From Candidatus Hodarchaeota archaeon (GTDB lineage Archaea > Asgardarchaeota > Lokiarchaeia > Sigyniarchaeales > SOKP01), in contig JBHLKM010000001.1 in assembly GCA_048886685.1 (NCBI GenBank), forward strand, positions 320,001-384,000: 64,000 nucleotides of DNA, read 5' to 3'. Of this stretch, positions 1-11,018 are shown piece after piece. The notes under the pieces are model-generated. The model ran no database searches, had not been told where the DNA came from, and worked only from the letters and a program-made list of their open reading frames with translations. Positions within the stretch are counted from its first letter, which is position 1. Every line of letters begins with the position of its first letter. Position numbers and translations under genes: made by a program.

Positions 1-3000
1 TTTCAAAGTAGCGACTATACCTGCTTTAGCTATACTTACAGTGTTATGTAGAATAATTCCTTGGCTAATAAATGTGTGATTTGGTTCAACTGTTATATCA
101 TAAACCCATGGTGTATAATTCTTTCCCTTATTTTGAATACACTCAATTTTCTTAATTCTATCCCAACAAATATCTGACTCTAAGAAGGAAGTTAAATAGT
201 TAATTTCTTCTTCAATTTCTTTCATTTTAGTTTTAAGAGAGGAAATGATCTCTAATCTAAATTTATCCCTCTGTTTTTTATTATATCCTCCTCTTTCATA
301 ATAATCAATACTACTGCGATTAAGGCTAGCGATTTGAGCTAAAGTTTCCTGAGAATAGCCAGTTTTATTCCTAATTTCTTTAATATCAAGATTGTTATCA
401 AGTATTTTTATTACTTCTAATAATTTATCTTTGATAAGATTTAGATCTTTTTGAAGAACATTGCGAGTGATTCCATGATTTTCTTTTAAATGTCGATGGA
501 AATATCCATCATAAGTAATGGCTAAGTTATGTTTAAGATTAATAATCATTTCTGTTATTGAAGTTGGAAATATATCATGATGATGTGTTTTGGGTTTATC
601 AGGCTTAATTAGATTTCTGATTTTTTTAATTCTATGATCATCATCTTGAACGATCTCTTCATAGAATTGAATTAATGACTGTGCACGAATATAGACTTTA
701 TATGAATCATTATACTTATCATAAGTAATTCGGGAATGAATTCCTAATTTTAAGAGCGAATCTTGATAATCAACACATAAACCTTTAGAAGCAGTTCGAT
801 AGCATATCGCTGTAGATTCTACACTTCCATCACCTTTAAAAGCACTAATCAAGAATTCCTTGATTATATTACGACTGCTTGATAATATTTTATTTGGTAT
901 ACGTTTAAATTTTGATAATATTATAACTTCTGGAAAATTCTCTATCATCCATTCATATAAATTAATTGATGAATATCTTAGTGTTTTTAATCCATCATCC
1001 CTTTCATTTATAGAAGGTTCAATATTGAATATATCTTCCATCAATTCATAGAAATCTTTAAGTAAAACGTCATCCATATTTGAAAAGCCTATTTCTGATC
1101 CAGAGCCTCTATAACTATGGCCTTCACTAACTAAATATCCAATTATTCGACTTAATTTAGAATCTAAATATCTTGGAAGGGTTAATTTCTTAGCTAGAGG
1201 ATGATTTGATTTAATTATTTCATTTAATTCTATAATATCACTTGAATTTGGCAAATATTTCGGTATAGGGATGAAATCGTCTTTAACACAATCTTTTGCG
1301 TTGATACAGTTTAATTTACCTTCTCGAAACGCGAAAATTGGGTGTTCAGGTGTAACTATTATTGCTCTTCCATTAGTAAATGTAATCTTATAAAAATATT
1401 CAGGAGCTTTATGACGACTTACTCGATCTACATTAGTTTTAAATATTTTCTTGAAGTCAGTTGTGAAAAGCTTTAAATCATTAAAGCATAAAATTTCACA
1501 ATCTTTTCCTAATATTATTTTATCTTTATTTTGTTCCATTAACTTATTGATGAATTTTCCAATAACAATTCGTTTACCATTCACACTTAAGATTTCAGTG
1601 TTGTAATGGTAAGATTGCTGTTCCATCGCTTCGTGAAGTGCTGAGCGATCTGCTGTATCCATTTTGTCGAATTCGTCAATAGCCGCAACTCCTCCGTTGG
1701 CTAAAACTACAACACCAGCCTCAAGATTCATTTGTCCTGTATCACTCTCCTTTATTACAGCTGCTGTAAGGCCAACACCTGTTGAACCCTTACCAGAGGT
1801 ATATAATCCTCTTGGAGAAACTCCGACTGATCCTTTTAATATTTCACTATTATGGACGATGATATTACCATTCGCTATAATAAAGTGACCATCATCAGTT
1901 CCTATGTCATAAACCAATGTTTCTTCATTGATTACGTTAATTTCCTCAATTTTATCCCAGAAAATATCTGATTCAGTTAACTTTTTCAACCAGATTAGAT
2001 CGTTACTATACTCTTTATTTTTACATCTATATAGATTTTCGAATTTGGTTGTAATTTTTTTAAGATATAACCTACCAGCTCGTTGTCTTTGAGTTTTACC
2101 GCGAAGTTCTGCTAAAAAAGCTCGCTCATTAGAACCTCTTCTCGCTACAATTTCGAGATCATTTGAAATCCTCTGTAAGATATTACCAAAATTAGGTATA
2201 ATGTCCTTTTTTTGATATCTTGTTCTCGAACATGCAATATCTATAGCTATATCGAGGCGGTCTTGTTTTTCTGTTGATAAAAATCCTATTCTTTCATTGA
2301 ATTTGATTACTTCTTCTCCTGTTAGAATTATTTCATAATAGATATTTCCTTCATATTGTCCTGATTGAATGGTTTTAGTATTAATTGTACTAAAAATCCC
2401 AAAAGTACTTAACATATCTGATATTGAATATGCCAATAGTTTACTTGCCGTAGTGGCAGAAATAAATAGAGCTTCATTTTCAATATAACTATCTCCTGTA
2501 AAATAAGCAGAAAGTAAGTTACAACGAAAATCTGATGGAGCAGATAATAAAATACTAGGGAATTTTTTATTTTGAGCATGATTTCCAAATAAACTGTTAA
2601 ACCAATATCGTAGGCTAGCATTATGAATTTGGATAGAATCATCATAATCGTAATATAAAGCTCTACCAAAAATATCTATAAGATCGTTTTGAAGCACAGT
2701 TATTATTTCTTCATTAGTGTTTGAAATTCTTATACTATTTTGAGGTGTATCCCCTTCTGCGAGATAAAATCCAATAATTCTTCCAAGTTCTTCATTAAAT
2801 TTAATCATTCTTGGAACCCAAGTATTATCATATTTCCTCCTTATCCAATCTTCATCTGGTATTGAATCAAGATCTCTCAGATATGATAAAAATGTTCCTT
2901 CAGTAATATTTGAAATTCTAGCTGCACTACTAAGAGAAATTCCATCATTCAAATATAATTGAACCTGTTCACGTATTATTTTGGCGCTGACTAAATCCTC

Positions 3001-4512
3001 TTTATTAAAAAATACACTTATATCAATCCAATTACAATTATCTCCAAAATCTAAATTTCTCGCTATGGGTAGATATAAATTGTTACATTTTTCAAAAAGA
3101 TCATTACCATCAATTAATCTTAATTCACCATTTATTAATGTAGTAAATGAATGATTTGGAGTTGTAATAATAATACGCCCAGATTGTGTTTTAATCTGGA
3201 AAAGAATATTAGTCTTATGTCTGCTTACTTCATTAATTCTAGAGATTTGAGATTTTAGAGTATTTAGATTCATTGAATATGTATATATTGGATTATTATT
3301 TAATAATTTAAGGATTTCTGTATCTCCTTTTAAAATTACGTCAAAATGGTTTTTATCAAGAAGTCCATCTACAAATTCTCCTATTTTTTCAGTATTCCAC
3401 ATTGTTCCTGTTGATGTTTCGGTTCCAATATATATTTTTTCAGAACTATAAACACTTTTCCCAGTACCAGGATCACCTACCACAAGAAAATGAATATCTC
3501 CTCGTTTATAGCCACCACCTGGTTTTTGTCTTCTTGTTCCTCCAAAGAGACTCAAAGCGCATGCCATTTTTAATTGTTCCCGACCATATATACTGGGGCT
3601 AATTGATCGTGCAATTTTTTTTTGAATCATTGGTTCTTTTGATAAATCTTCAATTCTCTGTTTATCTTCTTTTGATAATTCTATAATATCTTCAATTTTA
3701 TCTTCGGGATCTATGAAGTTGACATCAACAAAAGTTTTGAATAACGTAGAATTGTAACTCTTTGTTGATTGAGCCAAAACAGATCTAAATACGCCCATTA
3801 CTTTTAATCTGTCTCCTGGTTTAACTGTATCAACTAAATTATGGGTTAAAATTGCTTGGACCGATCTTGGTATTCTCCCAGGTGGCAAATCTTCGGGGAT
3901 TTCCTGGATCATAATGCTTTGCCAATCAATAAATTCTGAATTTTTTGATATTAGTCTAAAATCTGATTGAGCTTTAGCTTTACAACGTTTATTAATACAA
4001 AAATTTGGCCACTTAATTCTTGAAGTTAGTTGAATAACTTCAAATTGACTCCCGCATAGTGCACATTCGAAAGTAGCTTTGACCAATTTAGGTCTAATGG
4101 TTGAACTTCTAACCAAAATTCCTTTTGACCAAACAAGATTATCGATATTTTTGGCTCTTAGACTTCTTAAAGATACAAATAAGGGTGATTTTTCATCTTT
4201 AGTTGTAATTCTTACAAAATAATCTTGATCACTTAATACTGTTCCCTGAAATTTTAAAATATTTTTAAATGCCTCTACAGCATCTTCTAACAAGGTTTCA
4301 GGATCCTTTTTGAGTTTCTCTGCAATTTGGGGGTCAAATGCTAATAAATCCTCATAAAAGATAATTAAAGTATTTCCTCCCTTTGAAAAAGTATCGTTAA
4401 TTTGGTCTAAATATTTATATTCCCCTGGTTTTTCTTGAAATAGGCGATAAAAATCTTCAAACTTCTGAATTTTGTTTACTGGTATTGTAGGGTTAGTAAG
4501 TGGGGTAGTCGT
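1..4512 (-). CDS. mcm: MCM replicative helicase, 3' end outside window, two inteins; probable non-canonical ACG start
   Basis: Absent from the ORF track because there is no stop in the window. Translation gives RGDIHFLVVGDPGTGK (Walker A), YTSGKGSTGVGLTAAV, IDEFDKM, LHEAMEQQ, TVSIAKAGIVATLK. An in-frame TGA at 4519-4521 bounds the 5' end. Confidence 0.97.
43..1614 (-). mobile_element. Intein 2 in MCM (524 aa) at AMEQQ|T, with LAGLIDADG endonuclease and XRE-type HTH
   Basis: Starts SYHYNTEIL and ends VYDITVEPNHTFISQGIILHN, followed by extein Thr. Blocks LSRIIGYLVSEGH and FLISAFKGDGSV. Confidence 0.93.
1849..3456 (-). mobile_element. Intein 1 in MCM (536 aa) at the Walker A site GDPGTGK|S, with LAGLIDADG homing endonuclease
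   Basis: Starts SVYSSEKIYIG and ends VYDIGTDDGHFIIANGNIIVHN, followed by extein Ser. LAGLIDADG-like blocks ELGRIIGFYLAEGD and LLSAYFTGDS. Confidence 0.93.
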
Positions 4513-4683
4513 ATTAAATCACTTCATTTTTGATTATTCGAATATTTAATTTAATTACTTTTTGTTATTTTAATACTGATATTAAGGGATAGGTTATTAA
4601 ACAGTGAATAAATCAAAAAATTTAAAAAATATATGAGAGAAGAGATTTAGTAATGCCTTTTTTAAAGAATCGGATTTGTTTTT

Positions 4684-7600
4684 TTACCCATCTTTTAGTT
4701 TTTGCAAAGTGCTGCATATAATTGGATCCTGACTCATTTCACATCGAATTTTTAACAGCGAAATTACTCTTTTTCTAGTTTTTTCATCTTCGTACATTGC
4801 TGTACGACCTAAAATTAAAGCAATTGACCGCTGAATTTCAATCGAACCTTCATCGCTTAAGTTTTTCAAAAGTTTTGATAATATTTGATTTATTCCTATT
4901 TCTTGAATAATTTTAACAAGACTATTGATTGTACTAGTTCTTACTTCTTTTATATTATCGCCCAATAATTCAATGAGTTCATCAAAAATCTCATTAACCT
5001 GATTACTATAAATATTTAACAAATTAGCTGAAGCTTCTCTAACCTTAAGATCTTCGCTTTTTAAGCATTTGATTAAAATTTTAAAGGGTAAGTATGTTTT
5101 ATCAACTTCTTTTATTTTGGATAAAATGATTAATGCAGATCTGAGAACCCAACTTTGTTCACTACTTAGTAAGGATACAAGTTTCTCAATGATATTCTTT
5201 TTATCTTCAATATATTCAATTATTCTACCTAAACTCGAAACAGCCGCTTCTCTGACAATCCATTCTTCATCTTTTAAACCTGTATTTATTAAGGCATCAG
5301 CCACTGTCAAGGGATCTCTATATCCAATAATTCCAAGTATTTTCATATTTGTTTCACGGATGAAAGAATCAGAATCTGATAAATGATCAATTATAGTCTT
5401 TACAGGTACGATTTCTGGTGACACAGTAGCAATTTCTAACAATGATTTGAAAAGTGCAATCTGTACAGATGATTCTTGTTGATTTATAGAGTTTAAGAAT
5501 TCAGATATTAATGGTTTTATAAAAGTAGAATCCTTTTTAGCTATAGTTGAAATTAATTTTGATGTTTCCTTTTTTATTTGTTTGTTTTGATCTTTTTGTA
5601 ATATGTTAAAAATAGGTTTAATATCAATGTTCCTAGGTATTTCATCAACTAATCCATCCAAAGCAGCAATTGCATTTAATTTGATATCGTTATTGTCATT
5701 TTCTAAGAATCTAATTAATTTCTGAATTAGGTTAATGGGTTCATTTCTACCAATTTTAATAATAGTTTTAGCAACTATCCCTTTTGTTATATACCCAGAA
5801 ATATCAGGAATCTTTATTAAATTTTGAATTACTAATTCTGGATTATTGGTATAATTTTCAACTAAAATATTTGAGATATTTGACTTTAATTGTTCATTCT
5901 CAAATTTAATAAATATTAATAAAGTTGTCAAGATTTTTTCAGGCTCATATTTCCATAATCTCCCAAGTAGAGTTAAGGTGGTATTTAATATTTCAAAATT
6001 ATTTGGGTCGATATTATTTATTATCTCATCCAAATCTAGTTGATTTGGTTCCTCTTCATAGTATCTCATAAGTGCCAAGATTGCCGAGTTTCTAACGTTT
6101 TCATCATAATCAGTTATTCCTTCAAAGAGTGGTAAAAAGGGAATTTTATTTTTCTTAAATTTACCAACCCTTCCTAAAATATCAAAAATTGAAGCTCTTA
6201 CTAAACTTGAAGGATCCTTCATTAAAGGGATTATTTTTGATACAATTTTTTCATTGAATCCAACTTTAGCTAGATTATCTAAATTCTTTATAGCTATAGC
6301 TCTTATTTCATCGTTAGAACTAAAGATTTTATCTATAATAATTACTTCAGGAAGGTCAATTGAAGCTTCCGCAAAGATTTTAAGAATTTCGATTTGAATT
6401 TTACTATTCGGATCATCTATTAATTTTTGTATATCTAATTCAGTAATTAATTTTTTATCCATTTTTAATAATCTTGAAAATAATTTTAATGCTAATAATT
6501 TCACTCTCCACTCTGTATCATTAAGTAAGTTAAGAACTGTGTCTTTAGGAATTTTTTCAACAAGTTCATTACCAGCGTTGATCAATGATTTTAATACAGG
6601 GATATTTTTTTCATAGTTAGGGGATTCTAAAGATTCGATTATCCATGGTAGTATGATATTTGGAGCATCTCGTTCGAGTTGCTCTAAAATTTGATAACAT
6701 ATTCTTCTTGAATTGTAATTGGTATCACAAATTCCATCCATTATTGAATTTTTAAACTTCCAGTTATTTAAATCTATTTCTGATTTAAGTGGTATTCTTT
6801 CAAACATTAATAATATTGTCTCTTGTGCATGTCTTCTAATATCAGGATCAGGATTTTTAATGAAATTAAATAATGGAATAGGATCAAAAGTTTGTCCAGA
6901 TTCAGATATCTTTGAGTACTTAATATTTCTTAAAAATGTACTTTTCTGAGCTAAAAAGAAATAGGAAGTAAATATTATTAGGACAATTTCCTCTATGACT
7001 GCAGCCCAAGCAAACATTAAATGGTCTGATACTATTTGACTGGTAATTTTCCATAAGTTAAAAGTATAAAATAACTTATTCGGATTTACAATTAAAAAAT
7101 TAACAAGAACATTAATGCCTATAGCCGCCATTAAATAAGCAGCAAAGTATATATCAATCCCTCGATACTTTATTTTCCTTCCCCAAAAACGAGTAAAGTA
7201 ACCAATTATCCCAAAAAATAGAGTAACAAAGACAAAAGCAGAGGACATTGTTGATATCGCTAATTTGCCTGTAAAAAAGAAAGCAATAGTTTGAAATAAA
7301 GAAATCCACGCCCATACAAATACAAATAACATTAATCCTAACCCTATATACGGAACTGGATCTGAAAGAAATTGTTTCATCCCTCTTTTATTGTCTTCAA
7401 AATTCAGAAAAATATATCTATTGATAGAAGGGATGTGATAATAGAAATTGGATATTCCTGCTATATATCCTTTTGAACCGTAAAAAGTCAGTATCATTAA
7501 CGGATATATCAGCATCCAACTTATCCACATCATTATAAATGGCAATCCCGCCAGAGATAATAAAATGGGTGGAAGGATGAATATAGAGATGTAAAATAAG

Positions 7601-8031
7601 GAGGCAAGTAACACTGCAATTGTTTTTTTTTTGAATCTATTAATCAATTTTAAGCTAATAATTCTGTGAAAAGGCGTTAATCCCTCATCAGTTTCTTTAC
7701 TTAGAGCAATGAAAAGAAAGTCTATTAGAGGATAAGTTGTTATGTATATTAAACAAGAGGCAAATGGAATTAGCAAAACTAAAGGATGAATATCCGGTGG
7801 AGTTATTTCCCATAACTCTGGTGTTTTTACAGCAAAAATGAAGCCTACAGCAACAACTACCAAAACAGCTAAACTAAAAATAAAACCATAAATTATGCAT
7901 TGAAGTCTATCTTTATTACGAAATTCTCCTTTTTTTACTAAAGCAACCTGTCGATAAATAAGATAAAATCCAATAACGAAAAATGTTAGAAAAATTATTA
8001 TTAGGATAATTTCTATAATCAAAATTTTCAC
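4684..8031 (-). CDS. Polytopic membrane protein with long C-terminal HEAT-repeat solenoid
   Basis: About 360 N-terminal aa with many hydrophobic segments, then repeated HEAT motifs (LNDTEWRVKLLA, MKDPSSLVRAS, LKDEEWIVREAA, LGDNIKEVRTS). Confidence 0.85.
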   Translation of the reverse strand: MKILIIEIILIIIFLTFFVIGFYLIYRQVALVKKGEFRNKDRLQCIIYGFIFSLAVLVVVAVGFIFAVKTPELWEITPPDIHPLVLLIPFASCLIYITTYPLIDFLFIALSKETDEGLTPFHRIISLKLINRFKKKTIAVLLASLFYISIFILPPILLSLAGLPFIMMWISWMLIYPLMILTFYGSKGYIAGISNFYYHIPSINRYIFLNFEDNKRGMKQFLSDPVPYIGLGLMLFVFVWAWISLFQTIAFFFTGKLAISTMSSAFVFVTLFFGIIGYFTRFWGRKIKYRGIDIYFAAYLMAAIGINVLVNFLIVNPNKLFYTFNLWKITSQIVSDHLMFAWAAVIEEIVLIIFTSYFFLAQKSTFLRNIKYSKISESGQTFDPIPLFNFIKNPDPDIRRHAQETILLMFERIPLKSEIDLNNWKFKNSIMDGICDTNYNSRRICYQILEQLERDAPNIILPWIIESLESPNYEKNIPVLKSLINAGNELVEKIPKDTVLNLLNDTEWRVKLLALKLFSRLLKMDKKLITELDIQKLIDDPNSKIQIEILKIFAEASIDLPEVIIIDKIFSSNDEIRAIAIKNLDNLAKVGFNEKIVSKIIPLMKDPSSLVRASIFDILGRVGKFKKNKIPFLPLFEGITDYDENVRNSAILALMRYYEEEPNQLDLDEIINNIDPNNFEILNTTLTLLGRLWKYEPEKILTTLLIFIKFENEQLKSNISNILVENYTNNPELVIQNLIKIPDISGYITKGIVAKTIIKIGRNEPINLIQKLIRFLENDNNDIKLNAIAALDGLVDEIPRNIDIKPIFNILQKDQNKQIKKETSKLISTIAKKDSTFIKPLISEFLNSINQQESSVQIALFKSLLEIATVSPEIVPVKTIIDHLSDSDSFIRETNMKILGIIGYRDPLTVADALINTGLKDEEWIVREAAVSSLGRIIEYIEDKKNIIEKLVSLLSSEQSWVLRSALIILSKIKEVDKTYLPFKILIKCLKSEDLKVREASANLLNIYSNQVNEIFDELIELLGDNIKEVRTSTINSLVKIIQEIGINQILSKLLKNLSDEGSIEIQRSIALILGRTAMYEDEKTRKRVISLLKIRCEMSQDPIICSTLQKLKDG

Positions 8032-8126
8032 AAACTTTTATAGAATATTAATAAATTAATACTAAGTTTATTTCTCTTGTATTACGTTTGTATAATATAT
8101 AAAGTTTTTATAATTTAATAAATCTG

Positions 8127-8699
8127 GTGAGAAAATTATTGGAAACCATTGAAGAACTCTTTACAAATTCCCTAAGTAGAATAAATTTCATGTTTAAAAA
8201 CGAAAAAATCACTACTATATGCATTAAAAGTTATAACGGGTTTACCTTATTAGGCGAATCTTTCGGACCTTACGAGAAAGGGAAAAAATATAAATTAAAG
8301 TTGTTTTCTGCTATACCTTTTATTGAAAATGATATTTTAGAGATAATACAATCAGAAAAATGTGATAATGTCGATGTTCAAAGATATGCTATTAGTGAAA
8401 GAGATGATCAAAAATTAATTCAACCAGTAGATAATTTTTTCTTGAATAAAATTAAGGAATTCAAGCAGTTCATGGTAGATGATATTAAGAAGAAAAAAAT
8501 ACCCCAGATTAATCTAGAACGTTATAATTCATATTCATTAAATATTGTTGATAATCGGTTGTTAAAATTATTGAAGTTAGCAAAAACGGAATTGTCTCTG
8601 GATGATGAAAGAAGATTAACAATTTCTGAGAAGTTGCTTTTTGAACTGTTGTTTAATCTCATTAAACATTGGAGGAATTTTTTTATAAACTCAAAATAA
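8127..8699 (+). CDS. gins23: GINS complex subunit, Gins23 (Psf2/Psf3-like); start possibly TTG 8139
   Basis: B-then-A domain order: FGPYEKG beta domain, then helical domain with RLLKLLKLA and LTISEKLLF...W. Lies near mcm. Confidence 0.72.
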   Translation: MRKLLETIEELFTNSLSRINFMFKNEKITTICIKSYNGFTLLGESFGPYEKGKKYKLKLFSAIPFIENDILEIIQSEKCDNVDVQRYAISERDDQKLIQPVDNFFLNKIKEFKQFMVDDIKKKKIPQINLERYNSYSLNIVDNRLLKLLKLAKTELSLDDERRLTISEKLLFELLFNLIKHWRNFFINSK

Positions 8700-8731
8700 A
8701 ATGTGAGTTTTTCAGAGTTTAATTTAATTTT

Positions 8732-9409
8732 TTAGACTTTAGACATTTTAAATTCATTAGTTCCATACTTTTTAAAATAGGCTTCAATTTTTGAGATAAT
8801 AGTCTTATCAGGATTAAGATATGGTATTAGATCTATAGCATTACTCATTGCGTGATATGGTACACCTTTTTCTCTTACCGCAATTTCCACACTTTTCTTA
8901 TCTTCTCTTAATTCATTTCTATTAGTAAGACTAATTGCTGCAATGATTGATACATCAATTTGATTTAATTTATCAATAGTTTCAATTAAAGATCCTCCTG
9001 TAGTTGTAACATCTTCCAAAATAATAATCTTTCCCCGAGGTTTTCCCAAGAAAAATTTATCTTTTGGATCGCCATGCTCTTTTGGTTTAGCTCGCCCCAT
9101 TGATAATATATATGAACGTGTATTATAATCAGGTTGTTCTTTTGCCCATTTAAATTGACAAATAATTCCGAGCTTAGTAGCACCCTCTGGCACTCCATAA
9201 AAGCAATCAGGCTTTAAACCTAAATTTTTTATAAATGCGATAATAAAATTTGATAAAACATCAATTGAGTGTACATCTTGAGCAACATTTCTCCAATTTA
9301 CGTACCAGTATGAATGCCTACCAGATTTTAAAATTAAAGGTTCTTTGAAGAATCCAACTACATTTTGGCTTATTATGAATTTGTAAAAATCATCTCTATT
9401 CCATTTCAT
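8732..9409 (-). CDS. pyrE: Orotate phosphoribosyltransferase-like protein
   Basis: LKSGRHSYWY, KEHG and PRPP loop IILEDVTTTGGS. Confidence 0.85.
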   Translation of the reverse strand: MKWNRDDFYKFIISQNVVGFFKEPLILKSGRHSYWYVNWRNVAQDVHSIDVLSNFIIAFIKNLGLKPDCFYGVPEGATKLGIICQFKWAKEQPDYNTRSYILSMGRAKPKEHGDPKDKFFLGKPRGKIIILEDVTTTGGSLIETIDKLNQIDVSIIAAISLTNRNELREDKKSVEIAVREKGVPYHAMSNAIDLIPYLNPDKTIISKIEAYFKKYGTNEFKMSKV

Positions 9410-9432
9410 ATAAAATCAAGTTCTTCTTTTTT

Positions 9433-9825
9433 TTAAGTTATAAGATTATTAAGAATTCTTTTTGCGCTTGCTGCTATTGTCTTATTAATGTTTTTAGTGA
9501 GATTTTCTATTATTGGTTCTATTGGTTTTATTGCTCCTATGTTAGTTTCTGAGAGTTCTTCAAAGGAAGAGAGGAGGGAAATAATAGAATCGTTAGTAGA
9601 ATCCTCGAAAGTTTCTTTTATTCTAGGAATAGCTATATTGTTTAATATATCATCAAGATAATTGGAAATTTCCTTCTCTACATTTGGATCTCGATAACTT
9701 TTTAGTTTGCTTCGCATGTCTTCCACAAATTTCAAGGGTAATTCAATTGGCCAATCCAGTATTTTTTCCTTATCGATTAATTGGACAATGCCCCCATCTT
9801 TTTTATGAAAAATTTTTATATCCAA
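9433..9825 (-). CDS. Hypothetical helical protein coupled to top6A; start may be ATA 9819
   Basis: 130-aa ORF overlapping the top6A stop; HEAT-like C-terminal helices. Confidence 0.7.
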   Translation of the reverse strand: MDIKIFHKKDGGIVQLIDKEKILDWPIELPLKFVEDMRSKLKSYRDPNVEKEISNYLDDILNNIAIPRIKETFEDSTNDSIISLLSSFEELSETNIGAIKPIEPIIENLTKNINKTIAASAKRILNNLIT

Positions 9826-11003
9826 TCACCTGTAGTTAATTTTTCTGGTAAATAATCATCTGTTAAAAATTTGAAACCATGAGATGCAAAGGCTTGGATT
9901 TCTGCTTTTTCTTTCTTTTTCAGAGCTAATTTTAGATCTAATTCCCAAGCTTTATTAATTTTTACGAAATCCTCTTGTAAAAGATCTTTTGTTCGTTTTT
10001 CATCTTGTTTATTCATTTTTATCCTAGCTTCTGTCGGAATTTTATATTTATCTAAATCTCGAGTCAAGACTCCAAGAAGTTTAATATTTGGAGTAGCAAG
10101 GAAAGGTGATTCATAACTCAATCTTTTGGAACCTCTTAAATAAACAGAGTGAATGTAATGTCCATAAGGATCACTATCAACTAAAGTAAAAGTTGGTAAA
10201 TTGAGCTCTTTATTTAACCTTTTCAAAAACATACGAGTAGCTACATTTCCAACTCCTTGAGCTGTTATCAAAATACAAGGATATTTTCGCCAAAATCGTG
10301 CCTCGGAAAGTCGCATCATCGCGGCATTTTTTTCAATTACTAAAATAAATTCAGCATCCGATTCAATTATTTCTATTTGATCTAAGAATGGAGATATTGT
10401 CCAACCGCCACTACCTTGGCCTTCTAGATCAATAATATCTGTTTGATCTCTTATTCTTAATCTACCAACACATGAACCTCTTGGAGCTGCGACAATATGA
10501 GTAGAATTTCTAGTAGTGTACAACATTGTGGCAACATCTTCAATACTTTTATCACTGTTTTTTTGCTCCTTGAATAGATTTACATCAGTATAAAAGACTT
10601 CTCTTTTTGTAGCATGAAGATTTTCGTTTAGAAGTTCTGTTACAACTTCAAGAATTCTCATTAAGCGCGTTATATCTGCAACACTAGTCAGGGTATGAAA
10701 TTGTTTCTCCATAATTTGTTTTCCAAGTAATAATAGATCATTTTCTTCATCCCATCTAATATTTGAACTTGATCTTGAAGGTAGCTGAATCGAAGGTCTT
10801 CCTGTCGTATAAATTTTAGTTAGCACATCATCTACTAATTTATACAACCTTGATAGTACTTCTTTTCTATTTAAGTCATCGATCTTTACAGCATCCACTG
10901 GAAATTCGACTTCCTTTTTCACTTGCCCTTTATCTATGTAATCATTGAATAAATCCTTAGCTGCTTTTAAATCAAAATTTTTCATTTTTTGTTTTTGAGA
11001 CAT
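9816..11003 (-). CDS. top6A: DNA topoisomerase VI subunit A
   Basis: ATKREVFY catalytic Tyr motif, ILVIEK, DSDPYG toprim motif, KAEIQA. Confidence 0.97.
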   Translation of the reverse strand: MSQKQKMKNFDLKAAKDLFNDYIDKGQVKKEVEFPVDAVKIDDLNRKEVLSRLYKLVDDVLTKIYTTGRPSIQLPSRSSSNIRWDEENDLLLLGKQIMEKQFHTLTSVADITRLMRILEVVTELLNENLHATKREVFYTDVNLFKEQKNSDKSIEDVATMLYTTRNSTHIVAAPRGSCVGRLRIRDQTDIIDLEGQGSGGWTISPFLDQIEIIESDAEFILVIEKNAAMMRLSEARFWRKYPCILITAQGVGNVATRMFLKRLNKELNLPTFTLVDSDPYGHYIHSVYLRGSKRLSYESPFLATPNIKLLGVLTRDLDKYKIPTEARIKMNKQDEKRTKDLLQEDFVKINKAWELDLKLALKKKEKAEIQAFASHGFKFLTDDYLPEKLTTGDWI

Positions 11004-11018
11004 ATATTTCGCCTTGTT

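Noticed and set aside
4519-4527. In-frame ATG AAG TGA just upstream of mcm, suggesting Sec or readthrough
   Set aside because: The TGA is part of the SD-like GAAGTGA, the same layout as at scpA. There is no Cys-equivalent position and no SECIS seen.
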